Of a stretch of DNA of 52,864 nucleotides, positions 36,681-48,353 are shown in pieces (the stretch's first letter is position 1; each line of letters begins with the position of its first letter). This DNA comes from Nemertoderma westbladi (Eukaryota > Animalia > Xenacoelomorpha): assembly GCA_032718475.1 (NCBI GenBank), contig JAUCBJ010002743.1:1-52864 (forward strand). The letters are read 5' to 3'. The notes beneath the pieces were generated by a model. The model was not told the DNA's origin, did no database searches, and saw nothing but the letters and a program-made list of their open reading frames with translations. Position numbers and translations under genes: made by a program.

Positions 36681-37674
36681 CGGGGATTGCATAACGAAAC
36701 GAAAGAAATTTCAATCTCGTTTCGTTTTCAAAAATTTCGTTTCGTTTTACGAATCGGATAAAATTTTGGTTTTGTTTCGATTTTTTTTATCAATCTATGA
36801 AATTTTTGTTTTCGTTTCAAACGTTTTTCGTATTTTTTCTTAAAATTTTTGATTTCATCAAATTAAAGATATATTATAAATACCCCCTCCCATCACATCG
36901 CTTTGATATTGTAGTGTAATGTAGTACGATATAGTGCAGTATAAAATGGTCAATATACATGTGTTGTTGACTCCCCGCAACTTCTTGCAGCCTTTGAGTA
37001 TTGTAGGCCATTTTGCACACGTAACGTCCCGGCAGTTGAAATGCCTACGAGTTGCTCTTTTGTATTGTATGTTCCTAGACATTTACTATCAGTTTTCCAG
37101 TAGCCTTTAGTTCCTTATTACAGTTCTACCGTAGTCCGCCCCAGACTGTTGCATTGCAATGTCGCATGTCCGAGTGGATACGGCGCCTGAACTGCTTACA
37201 CAATAGTGTTTGTGGCGCAGGTTCGAATCTGACTAAAGGCTGTATAAATTTATCACTGTTGTGTCCCTAGGCAATACATTTTAGACATAGTGCCTTTGCC
37301 AACCCAGCGGTGTAATGGGAACCTGGCTTTGTTGGGGTAATGATAATAAAAAGCGGTTTGAGTATGCCGAGCGTAGAAAAGCGCGATATAAATAAGCAAT
37401 ATTAATATTATTATTAATGGTAAAGGAAACTGGTGGGCCTGATTGTCTGTATTGAAGGAAATAATTTACTCTGTTTACATTACAACAATTATGGAGAATA
37501 TCAAATATTTATAATTATTCAATTATTTTTTTTTATTATTAAATTTATCATATTGATAAATTACTTTTTAATTTAACGAAACGAAACTAAAAATTCAACA
37601 AAACGAAACACTTATTTAGTTCCGTTTAATATTTTTTCGTTATGTTATACATTCGTTTCGTTATGCCATCCCTG
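36681..37674. mobile_element. hAT-like non-autonomous element
   Basis: TIR C.GGGAT.GCATAACGAAACGAA at both ends and many ACGAA/TTCGT subterminal motifs. Target duplication is degenerate. Confidence 0.7.
37160..37417 (+). mobile_element. Full-length tRNA-derived SINE with conserved central domain and LINE-like 3' tail
   Basis: A box TGTCCGAGTGG, B box GGTTCGAATC, central GTTGTGTCCCTAGGCAA...ACCCAGCGGTGTAATGGGAACC, and tail AAGCGGTTTGAG...GAAAAGCGCGATATAAAT plus (ATT)n. Confidence 0.85.
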
Positions 37675-39649
37675 CCGGTATGTAGAGTGTACGCAATAAC
37701 GTGACCAAATCCAGTCAATAATGATTCACAGCACATATTAATTAAATTCATCACATAGATATCTGAATACAAACAATAAAGCACAATAAATACTTTGCTC
37801 GTACCGGTACCGGTACTATTATAATATACTGTTTTAAATAGTTTCCGTTTGTTCAAACAGTTACTTTACTACTTTTTGTTACTTTACTTTATTTGTTTCC
37901 ATTATTGGGTTTCATTATTGTTGATTAAATTAGATTCGTAATCAACCAAACAGTTGCTTTAACTATATTTACTGCTACGCCGCCGTGCTGACATACTTAT
38001 TGTTTATGAGAAACTTGAAACATTAAATTTCGTACCTCTTCGGGTTTCGCGTACCGCAGAGGTAGGCCTATATTTTTCAGAGAGGCAGAACAACACGAAA
38101 AGTAACTTTATCACAGGGTTGATTTTTGTGTTGTGGGGCGACCCACGAAGTAAGATGAGCGGTACCATCAACGAGTTGTCTGTCGGGATCGTCGAATTTT
38201 TGATCTCTAATAACTGATGAAATTAAACCAAATTTGGTACGTATGTAGTCCGCGAAAAGTTTAGAAAGAATCTAAGTTGGTCAAAAACAAGATAGCTTGT
38301 CAGTCGGTACCAGTAGTTTCAGACTTTTGATAAAACCGAAATAAGTCGGACAATCATTGCTGAATTTAAAACAGCTTCTCAGGTTAACTGAGTCTCGTGC
38401 TGCGCGAAGGCCTCATGAACGTGTTATAATTCTATGGCCACGCCATCCTTCCCAAACTCAATGGTGACCTATTCCAGCCAATAGTATATCAGGAGTATCT
38501 CATAATCGAGTTCCATCACCCCATCATATACAGAGCAGACAGCCTCGTCTCTCGTTCGTTATAAGATAATAATGTTTCAATTTTCTAATAAACAATACAA
38601 ATGCGTTAGATGGATTACAATAAAGTATATCACCTCACTCAATGCTCATTAAATTAAAAGTTTCGTAATCTTAGGGTAAACCTACTCTAATAGCACTACG
38701 GAATTACTTGTACCTAACACATTAACTAACTGTTATAATTACAACCACATCACATAGGCCTACCGAATACCGAAACCACTGCCAACACATAACACTAGGC
38801 TATAACCCAATTAGTAGGAGATTCTACGCCCGATAACTTATTTAAGCACATATTTAATACCTAGTATTATACTATAGCAGTACAATGTAACACATACGCA
38901 TGTTTCGCTGCCTATACAGAGAAAATATAAATACATACATTGGATTATTGATAAATATATATACTATACTACTATAGTATAATAATATAATAAACAAGCA
39001 AGCATAAGTATAGTACCGTACCGGTATATATATATATATATAGTAAATTTCAAATACAACATACAATACATAACGGCACATTTAGCGAGAGTAAATCAAT
39101 TTAATTCACTAGTTTAGACAGAAGACAAACCTAAAATATTGGTGTTACTGTTACCTAAGTTTTGTATATTTGTAACATATATTAATCGTATATAAACGAT
39201 GCGGTAAAAGTATTTTATCTGAAAATGTAAATATTATTTACCGGTAACTCCGTAGGTATGACCGGATGTATATATAGTACATAAAATATAACTTTATACG
39301 GCGGGTAAATTTATACGATGAGTTATCATTTGTTTTTTACGGCGGGTAACACTACTGTAGTGTAGGTGTACAAAATAAAAAATTACGTGGGAACCACAAC
39401 CACCTATTCGTTAACCATTGAATCACAGACTAAGAAATTCGGAAATTTAGCGCAACTGTAAAGATATTCGCACTTAGGGTTACATTAATTCAGTTTAATC
39501 TGACTCTAAAAACATCTGTAACAACCTGGAAAATGGGTTTTTAAATAATTGGATTAGTTGCTGGTGGTACTGGTAACCCCAAGACCCGATGCAACCCAAC
39601 AAATAGCGAGCTGTACCAAAAACGCAACATATATTTATTTAACCCTCCA

Positions 39650-40450
39650 CTAATGCGATTTGAGCGTCGACTTCTTGTAGGTTTTAAGGTAGAAATCAAT
39701 AAACAAAGCCAAAACAATAAGAGTTACCAAAGCAATATAGATTGAGAAGGGAAGACTGTAGTCGCAATCGGTAATAAACACCTGACTGGTGTGGACCAGA
39801 ATGAATAGGAACTGGATGATCTGAATCTTCGTCATGTACCGTTTCCACCAGAGATACGGCTGCATTGAGGGCCCAATAGCGGACAGAGCGTAGTAAGTGT
39901 ACATCATAAAGTGTACAGCGCTGTTGAGAGTGGCGTGGAAAGTACCGAGACCGCCCGGTATGAATTTAACCCCGAACCACCAAAACAGCGGCAAAATAAA
40001 GTGATGGAAAACGTGTAGGTGGGAAACTTGGTTGAATTTCTTTCTCATTATAAAGAACATTGTGTCGGATAATTCTATAAGCTTAGATATATAGTACAAC
40101 CAACACGTTGTCGCCATCCTTACTGCCAAAGTGTCGGTGCTGTAATCGACAGGCTGGCAACCCAACGTGTAACCGACCGCCCATCCGGACAACATGAACT
40201 CCCGGACAAGATAACCGGAGAGGATAACCAGCCCGAGGTTGTATACGACTAACAGACCTCGTAGCTTAAAGGGTTCCCGGTTCTTCATCCACGAAGGTCC
40301 CTGCTTCACCGCGTATAGATACAGGGTGAGGATGACCAGGTTTGGCATCGGGGAACTCATTAGGGGCCAGTGGGCTACTCTGGGGTCCGCTGAGTCCCAT
40401 AGTCGGTTGTATTGGAACTTTATATCGTTAATAACGGTGGATGTATTCAT
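39650..40450 (-). CDS. ELOVL7: Very-long-chain fatty acid elongase, ELOVL1/7-like, intronless CDS (266 aa)
   Basis: ADPRVAHWPLMSSP, KLIELSDTMFF, HxxHH (HVFHH), NSAVHFMMYTYY, YLWWKRYMTKIQIIQF, basic C-terminus. Confidence 0.93.
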   Translation of the reverse strand: MNTSTVINDIKFQYNRLWDSADPRVAHWPLMSSPMPNLVILTLYLYAVKQGPSWMKNREPFKLRGLLVVYNLGLVILSGYLVREFMLSGWAVGYTLGCQPVDYSTDTLAVRMATTCWLYYISKLIELSDTMFFIMRKKFNQVSHLHVFHHFILPLFWWFGVKFIPGGLGTFHATLNSAVHFMMYTYYALSAIGPSMQPYLWWKRYMTKIQIIQFLFILVHTSQVFITDCDYSLPFSIYIALVTLIVLALFIDFYLKTYKKSTLKSH

Positions 40451-40974
40451 TGTGTTGTTAGATTGTTCGCTGCGGTGTTTCGTTACGTACGGTTACGGTA
40501 TCGGTATACGACAGGCTACGGTATGTCTATCTAGTATCTACCCTATGATACCGGTATGACGGCGACGGGTGCAGTTGCAGTACCGGTCAGCCGGTATTAT
40601 ATTTACTGACTTATGTACTACGTACAGAAGTACCGTAAAACGGCAAACGGGGTGACTTGATAAACATTTTACCTTTAACTCTGAATATCTTTTGAAGTTG
40701 GAAGTTTTTATCCTACCGGTACAGAGATGTGGGGATGGAGATGGCTGGATGCGTGGATGGTATGAAAATAAAATTTGTTAGTTCCTCCCTCTAGCCTGCT
40801 AGCTGTCTCTGCTAGTGTCTAGTACCGAAGTTGGGATGAGTTGATGAGTACAAACAGACAATAGCAGCATAGGCCTACTACTGTACTACTAACTGACTAA
40901 CAGACTAACTACTGAACTAGACTAACTGATTAATGCACTTTTTGAGGTGATTCTGTGATTAGTCTGCCACCAGC

Positions 40975-42123
40975 AGTCGGTACCCTATATGGAATATTGA
41001 CAAAAAGCGCGCCACACGGATTCTGGTTAAACGAAAAGCGCGCCAACCATTGAAAGATTGACCATTAAATTTTGCAATTATTGTAATTATTTATCAGTTT
41101 ATACTGCAGTACCTATGCTACAGACATTGGACATAGAGCTAGACCCACTCCTACCTACAGTATTTTAACATGAAAATGCGAGCGCAGCTAGCAAGAAAAG
41201 TTTGCAGAAATGTAAACATGAATAGGCGAACAGTAAAACTGTAATATTCGGATAGGCCTAGTAGGTCAACCGACTGTTTTTAAATACAGATGTGATTAAA
41301 TTGCGAGCGTAGCGAGCAAGAAAATGTTAACATTTTTGGGTCAACCGACTATTTTTTACCTACAGATGTGATTATGAATTACATCGGAGTGTAGCGAGCA
41401 CGGAAAATCTGCTGAATCCCCGAATCGTGGTTTTAGGCTATATCAGTATAGGCCTATTGGTGTGACCAATTGAAAAACCTTTCAAACAACTCATATTTTG
41501 AAAGACATTAAAACTTTGTCCTGATTGGCCACGATGATTAACGTGGATTGGATACGGTACTTTCAATGCTCACTGTCTGACTGTCGGTTTGTCCATAATG
41601 TGGGGTGCAAAACATTTCAAGGCAGCAAGGCATGGAAATACTTCTATAGGTTAATAAACAAATACTGTAATAAAATATCACTGTATGTAATCAAATATCC
41701 CTATTGCCTATTCTATTATAGTTATTAGAATGATGAATAAGAGTAGAGCGTACAATACAGCAGTAGGCAGGCATAACACAGTACAGCAGTAACACACAAA
41801 CGCGAGCGAAGCGTGCGAAAATTTTTAAGGCCTACTGGCCTAGGCCTAACTCTTTTTAAAAATAGACTCTACTGGTACACCGATATAATTTCAAGTAGAG
41901 TGGCTGGATATGTTGCCACGCCATGCCAATGCATTTTGCTACTGTACATGACATCCATTTCCGCGCCAGGATTCCTCAATGCGCGCCACACGCCCCTGTT
42001 CCTTCGCGCCAGGATCCTAAACAGCTAAATGCAGAAATGCGCGCCACACGCCCCTGTTCCTTCGCGCCAGGATCCTAAATGGGCGCCACACATGTTGAGC
42101 AAACTCTACATAAATTCCAACCT
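40975..42123. repeat. Repeat-derived region with GCGCGCCA and GCGAGCG(T/A)AGCGAGC motifs and a short tandem duplication
   Basis: GCGCGCCACACGCCCCTGTTCCTTCGCGCCAGGATCCTAAA occurs twice (about 41981-42079). Clustered motifs at both ends suggest a non-autonomous DNA transposon. Confidence 0.5.
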
Positions 42124-42255
42124 GGTCGGTACAGCGGTAGTCCTGTAGTCTACACAGGTCTAGCAGTCTAGTGCAGTATAGTGGCAGAGTGCAGGAGTGG
42201 TGTTTTAGGCTAATTAGGCAGTTAGGCGTTAACAGATTTAAACAGCTGTATCAAC

Positions 42256-42830
42256 CAGTCGGGGAGAAGTTCTATTTTCAACTGAGTTGAAATTTCAACT
42301 TTATCTTTTAAAATTCAACTTTTTATTAAAATTCAACTTTCTGACTTTTGGAGTAGAGTTTAAAATTCAACTTTTTTTTAAATTCAACTTTTGGAGTACC
42401 GTACCGGTAGCTTTGGAGATACTGAAATATGGAATTGGAATCCATTACTGGTTTTCCATTGTCAGATTGTATAATAATTATGACAAACAGCGGTAATTTC
42501 ATAGGCCTACATCTAATAAATTTCCGTAGTATTTTCAGCTAATTCAGTAATTTGCAAATGTCTGAATGTAATCACTTAAAATGTTTTAAAAAAAGTATTC
42601 CCGACGGTGAAAGTTTTTATTCCATCGGTAATGAGGGTTAATTTTTCGAGTTAGGCCTACATCATACATCCATAAAAACAATAAAAACACCCCTTCTGTC
42701 TGTCTGTCACGTCTTTGGACCCTTCTGCGCCTCCTGCCATTTTAGAGTTGAATTTAAAACTTAAAAGTTGAATTTAAAAAAAAAAGTTTTAAATTTCAAC
42801 ACAGTTGAAATTTGAACTTCTCCCCGACTG
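42256..42830. mobile_element. 575-bp MITE with 5-bp target-site duplication
   Basis: TCAAC|CAGTCGGGGAGAAGTTC ... GAACTTCTCCCCGACTG|TCAAC. Multiple AAATTCAACTT subterminal motifs. Confidence 0.88.
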
Positions 42831-44476
42831 TCAACAGATCAAGTCACCTCGACCCAACAGAATGTGGTGACTTGATAGACAACCAGATTTTCAGCAATAT
42901 CCTGATAACAGCACTTTATGGGTGCTCTGTGAATGAGTTTGGATCATGTTGCAGTGTTGTAGGAAGGCTGTCAGGCTGTGGCAGTGTGGGGTGGGTGGTG
43001 GGTGGGTGGGCAGGTGGGGTCAGTAGGGGGTCGTGTCGTGGCTCGTGGGGTGACTTGATACACCAAATGCCAAATACTGAAATAAATAATAGTAATTAAA
43101 TTTAACGTATTACATAATATTAGGCCTATTTGTCAGTAGGGCCTAATTTCAGAATTTGGCTCTTTCCTGTTTCAGGGGCACTGAATTTTTAACAACTGCA
43201 GAACTGTAGTATTACTACTATTACTGTTAACTCTTAGGCTATTTATTGCAGTATTGTAGGCTACCTGTTCACCAGTATTGGTGTACAGGTGTATAAACAC
43301 AACAATATAATACTGTACAACACCTGCCACAATACTGCAATACAGCAATAGGCCTACCACAGTACCACTACCACAATACAATACCTGACAACAGCTTCCA
43401 TTAGAGCAGATGTAGTCTCCGGTCCGTCTCACCCAAATCACAGAAAATTGACCAAATCACAACAAATCACACCAAATCACATAAAAATTCAAATTTTTAT
43501 TTATTTCAAATTTTTTGGTTCGACTTCTGGTTTCCACTGTAACCTGCTCCTTTACTTTTGAATTTAGCAATTTAGCACAATAATTTTTCTTGCCCGTTGA
43601 AATCACTCATTGTGTCCTCTGATTTTGACTTTTTATGTTATAGTTACATGCACGAAAACAATTATTAAAATCAATCCAAAAAATTTTCACTTTTTGCTGA
43701 TACATAACATAGTATGCCCCGGTAGTGCTTTGTTTTCACAAAATGTTTATAATTTCGAAATATTCCGTACTAGCTAGTAAGAAAAATGAAAAAATACTTG
43801 CTTCATTAATAAATTAATATATACAGTACTAATGTTCTAGAATACTTATCAGAAACAAAAATACAAAAATATATTTTTAAAATTTCAAAAATGCTTGCAT
43901 TTTAATAAAAAAAAACAATAGCTTCAATAGAAAAAAATTTACCAATGTTCGAGAAGATTCACACTACATAAAAAGACAACAAAACCCGCAACTTTAGTAT
44001 AAAACTGCGCCCAAAATTTGCTGTATACATACTATACTAGTACCGTATTAACTACCATAAAAATCACTGACAGATAAGATTAAACCATGAGGTATATTTT
44101 ATGTGTTATCCCCGAACATTTTTATGCTAGATTGTTTTGGTTATTTCATTTTTTGGAACAGGTTAGCTAATTAAAAAATAAATTGTTCTAAAACAAATAT
44201 TTTATGTTCAAGAACATTTTTAAATAGTATTATAACATTTATGTATTTTTTTATTATTTATAAATGTTAAAAATCTTAGCTATGTTCTAGAGAACTGTTC
44301 TAAAAATGTTCAAGAACAATAGGCCTAATAGTGTTACTAGTAGGCCTATAGAGTATGTAGGCTTATTAAGCAAATTTGTGAGTAATTTTATGTATTTTTA
44401 TTGCGTTTTATTGGGTTTTATGGCATTTTATTATTTTCTAGAACATATTAACACTCTGGTATTGTCTACGGTAACA

Positions 44477-44758
44477 CGAACTTAGTTCCAATCGAACATT
44501 TTCAAAGGCGAACTTAGTTTCAATCGAGGCGAACTTAGTTACAATCCCAGTATATCAAAACGAACTTACAGTAGTTCCAATGGAAGCGAATTTAGTTCCA
44601 ATCCCAGAATATCAAAGCGAACTTAGTTCCAATCGAGGCGAACTTAGTTCCAATCCCAGAATTTCAAAACGAACTTAGTTCCAATCGAGGCTAACGTAGT
44701 TCCAATCCCAGAATATCAAAATGAACTTAGTTCCAATGGAAGCGAATTTAGTTCCAAT
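44477..44758 (+). repeat. Minisatellite with alternating 21/31-bp units (52-bp higher-order repeat)
   Basis: 11 copies of the core CGAACTTAGTTCCAAT, followed alternately by CGAGG/GGAAG or CCCAGAATATCAAAA. Confidence 0.9.
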
Positions 44759-45099
44759 GTTTCAGCGTGGGGCAAGCCACGTAGTAGGCGAAGCATTTGC
44801 TTATTGTCACTATTTGGGAGTAGGTCAGGGTCACCAATAATTGCAAATAATTGTAAAACCCTACTGTCATTTTTTAAAAACGAATTATTATTAATGAAAG
44901 AAAAAATAAATTACACATTTTGAAATATATATTAATCACGACTATATATTATATCTATAATGATACTGACTGACTGAGTCTGTAGTATATACTCCAGTCA
45001 TGCACTTATAGTAGTAGTAGTATATACAGTAGTAAGTATAGTAGTATATACTCCAGTGCATGCAGTTGTGCCATTTTCACACCAAATACAAGAGCATTT

Positions 45100-45252
45100 G
45101 TTTGGGTTAGAAGGTTAGGCGTTTTTTAGTTAGGAGGTTGGGCATTTTTTGGTTAGGAGGTTTAAGTGTTGTTTGGATTAGGAGGTCGGGTGTTATTCGG
45201 GTTAGGAGACTGGGCGCTGTGTGGATTAGGTGGCTGGGCGTTGTTTGGGTTT
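45100..45252 (+). repeat. Degenerate 21-bp GT-rich tandem repeat
   Basis: Repeats of TTGG(G/A)TTAGGAGGTTGGGCG-like units. Confidence 0.7.
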
Positions 45253-45564
45253 GTTATTTACAATTATTATTGACATATATATTTAATAATAAAGCCAACA
45301 AATGGCACCAATATGTACATGTCATTAAATTAATATATATACTCCCTATATTAACCTATATTCACTGATGTGGCTCACTTTAACAGTAGAACAAATTAAA
45401 TTTGTTCTAGAACATATATTTTAAGGCTAAATATAGTTAGTTAACATGATATAGAACATCTTAACACCTGAAGATCGAAGAATTGTTATTGTTTTGCTTT
45501 CTTTCTTTTACTACAAGCGTTTAAAAATAGTGTCTCCGTCGATATTGCACAGTTACATGCAGTT

Positions 45565-46159
45565 TGTAAGCGGATTCAATTCCGCCGCATTACCCTCTTA
45601 AAATAGGATAGTGGCATTTTTAGTAATATGTTGGAGATACGAGATTAGCAATAACCAATCACCTATCACACAACCAACATCAGGGACAGTACAACCCCAA
45701 AGCCACACACAAAGGGAGGTTAGAGGTCAAACCACCTCGGTAGGGGAGACAGCTAGCAGGGGCCAGCGACAGGGGGGAAACATTCCCAGAGAGTGGAGAG
45801 GCGTGAAGTAGGTTATTAGCCAATAGGGGCGAGGGAGAGCATCCACTAGGTAAGAGGCCAAAGTAATGTAGCAGTGAAGTAATATTGGTGTGTCTTATAT
45901 TATCTCATACATACTGATTTACTGTTCAGTTAGCAGACTGTCAGTTTCAGTGCAGACCGGCATTATAGTCTTACCGCCATCGCGGTGCTGTCATGTACTG
46001 ATTTATTATTCACCATTATCGGTTATCCAAGTTTGCTATCATTAGTCTTTATATTATATGAATGAAGGGAGATCAAAATCCAACTTTTCCACATCCACCC
46101 ATCAGCCTGCTGTGACGCGTACAAACTTAACCCGGTCGGGATCCCTTGATCCCGTCACA
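45565..46159 (+). mobile_element. Solo LTR (595 bp) with 5-bp TSD, BEL/Pao-like family
   Basis: CAGTT|TGTAAG...GTCACA|CAGTT. The flanks join into the uninterrupted sequence seen at about 21500-21605. Homologous to the LTR at 11629-12206. Confidence 0.9.
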
Positions 46160-46476
46160 CAGTTGTTCTTCCTAACCTACTGTGATTTGTTGTTACTAGT
46201 GGAAAGATGACAAAAGTAAGGATTCCAAATATGTAAAAGTATTTCAATTTGGTTGGGAAATAGCTGAGATATGGGCATTCGAAAGTGGCATGTAATTATT
46301 TCCGCTGCAGGCCATATTATTCAATTTAATAAATATACCATGTTCTAGAATATTTTTTAATATTGACAATCAACATTTACAGTGTTCAATTATGAATTAT
46401 TTAATACAAATTGTAATTAATATATTTATTATTATCGATTAGAATTATAACTAATTAAGGGAAAGGAGCAGATTAC

Positions 46477-46561
46477 TGAGTCACGTTATTCTAACGAAAA
46501 CAATATACGAAATACAATAGATCAATGTAACAATTATTTTGGTTAGAATAACGTGCCTCTG
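46477..46561. mobile_element. Small TA-flanked hairpin MITE
   Basis: TAC.GAG.CACGTTATTCTAAC is mirrored by GTTAGAATAACGTG.CTC.GTA. Confidence 0.6.
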
Positions 46562-48353
46562 TAACCCTCCACTTTACCTTATTTAGTGTTAATTTTATAT
46601 TTTAGTGTTAATTAATATATTTTAGCGATAATTAACATATTTTAGTGAAACTGAATGTTTGAGTGGGTTTCCCGTAAAAAAATTAGTGCAAATTATTATT
46701 TTTTTAGGTTGATAAAAGGTTGACATAGTGAGTGCAGCCCTTGTGTTGGGGAGCTTTGGCCTCCACTACACTTATTATGGGGAAGAAAGGTTTATTATTT
46801 TATTATTTTATATTACTTTGGGGTTCAAATCTCTTCACTCACGTAATTATTTTTGGTTTGTTGAAACAAGATTGGGAAACAGCGAAGATGCTCCCATGTT
46901 TGACGGTAGTGTTTAGTTGTTATAAAAACATGCTTGCGGCTAGGTAACCTGTATCGCATCAGCTGCATGGAATAGCAACCAGCTGGTTACTTTCCCTGTA
47001 CTATGATATGATTACTGAAGCTGAAGCCTGATTGGTAGCTGTCCCGTTGTGGTTACCTGGGGTTTCCTGGCACGCCTTAAAACTGATAGGTGTTATGCAA
47101 TGTATTCCAGGTATGGTACTACAGCAGTAGGCCTAATTATATATTTTTACTCTATACTGCACACTATAACTTCGTTCTCACATCGTTATTCCATCATCAT
47201 GTTGCAGGGCGCAGCCCCCTCTCGAGAAACCTTTCTTGTGGTAATTTGTTAAATCGGCATTTTTTAGAAGCTAAATCAAGTTACACATCAAAAGTTGCTC
47301 AGTTGTGAGCTCATGTGAGGGTCTTGCAACATGTTGCTTAAACAAGCACGGTGTGTTGTGTGAGGCAGTCCCATGCATTATTTACAAAACATATAAACAC
47401 ATATCTACCTATAGACTATAAAACAAGTTCTGAAATATTTTGTAGGCCTATGAAAATTAAATAGTCTTAGTTTCCTGTAGTCCTGCGGGGAAAAAAGCAT
47501 GCGTCTTTTAAATGTTCATATTATTGTTTTAATAGGCCTATTAAATTCACATAATTATTCCACATTGCTGAATGAAGGACGTGGTTGCTTTCCTTTGTCT
47601 TTGTAAAGACAATTAATTACAATTAAACGACCTCATATGGCTAGGTTGAGGTTCCAAATTCGCTTTTGCGTTGCGTCAATAACAAATGTCTAGTTTAGCC
47701 AATAAAATTATGTTTGCCTAGTATTATCGCTTTACTACATTATAACCTTAAAATATATTCATTTAACTCTCCGATGTCTACTATAGAATGTAGCACCCCG
47801 ACGTGCAATATAATGGAAATAAAATTTACGGTTTTATAAACTTATGTCTAAACGACACCAAACCGTTCCAAGGCCAATCTAACTTTAGGCCACGGAATTA
47901 TAACAACAGGCTCAGTGAATATTCGTTTAACTATTACCCTAATCCTTCAGACAATGACGTGCGAAACATATTTACTAATATACCTAGGAATTCTACATTG
48001 GTGGTCGTCGTTTCCTTTTGGGCATGTGGTATGTAAGCTTACCTACTGTCATGTATGTGCCAGTAATTCCATTACTCAATATGTGCTCTTTATCTTAAAT
48101 AATTTGGCAACCACATCTGCACTGCATACTTCATATTGTATTGTTCCAACTCAACCATCGGTATTTAACATCTGCGTAGTAACTTATTACAACGATATTA
48201 CAAAGTCCCCCTCTAATGATCATTTCTGTAAATAACCAAAGTTCATTTTTGGACTGCGTAATGTATTCAACTGTTTATATCAGACAATTTCACTCTAACA
48301 ATGTAATGACTAATTATTTATTATTTTGATTGCAACAGTATGTTATTCCCACA

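Noticed and set aside
44477-44758. CRISPR-like repeat-spacer pattern
   Set aside because: The intervening sequences are 5 or about 15 bp and themselves repeat. The context is eukaryotic and there are no cas genes.
45100-45252. Interstitial telomeric (TTAGG) array
   Set aside because: TTAGG is only part of a degenerate 21-bp unit, not a tandem pentamer or hexamer.
43800-45420. Clustered TTCTAGAA as heat-shock elements
   Set aside because: Only two-unit cores, scattered in AT-rich repeat-derived DNA without a nearby promoter.
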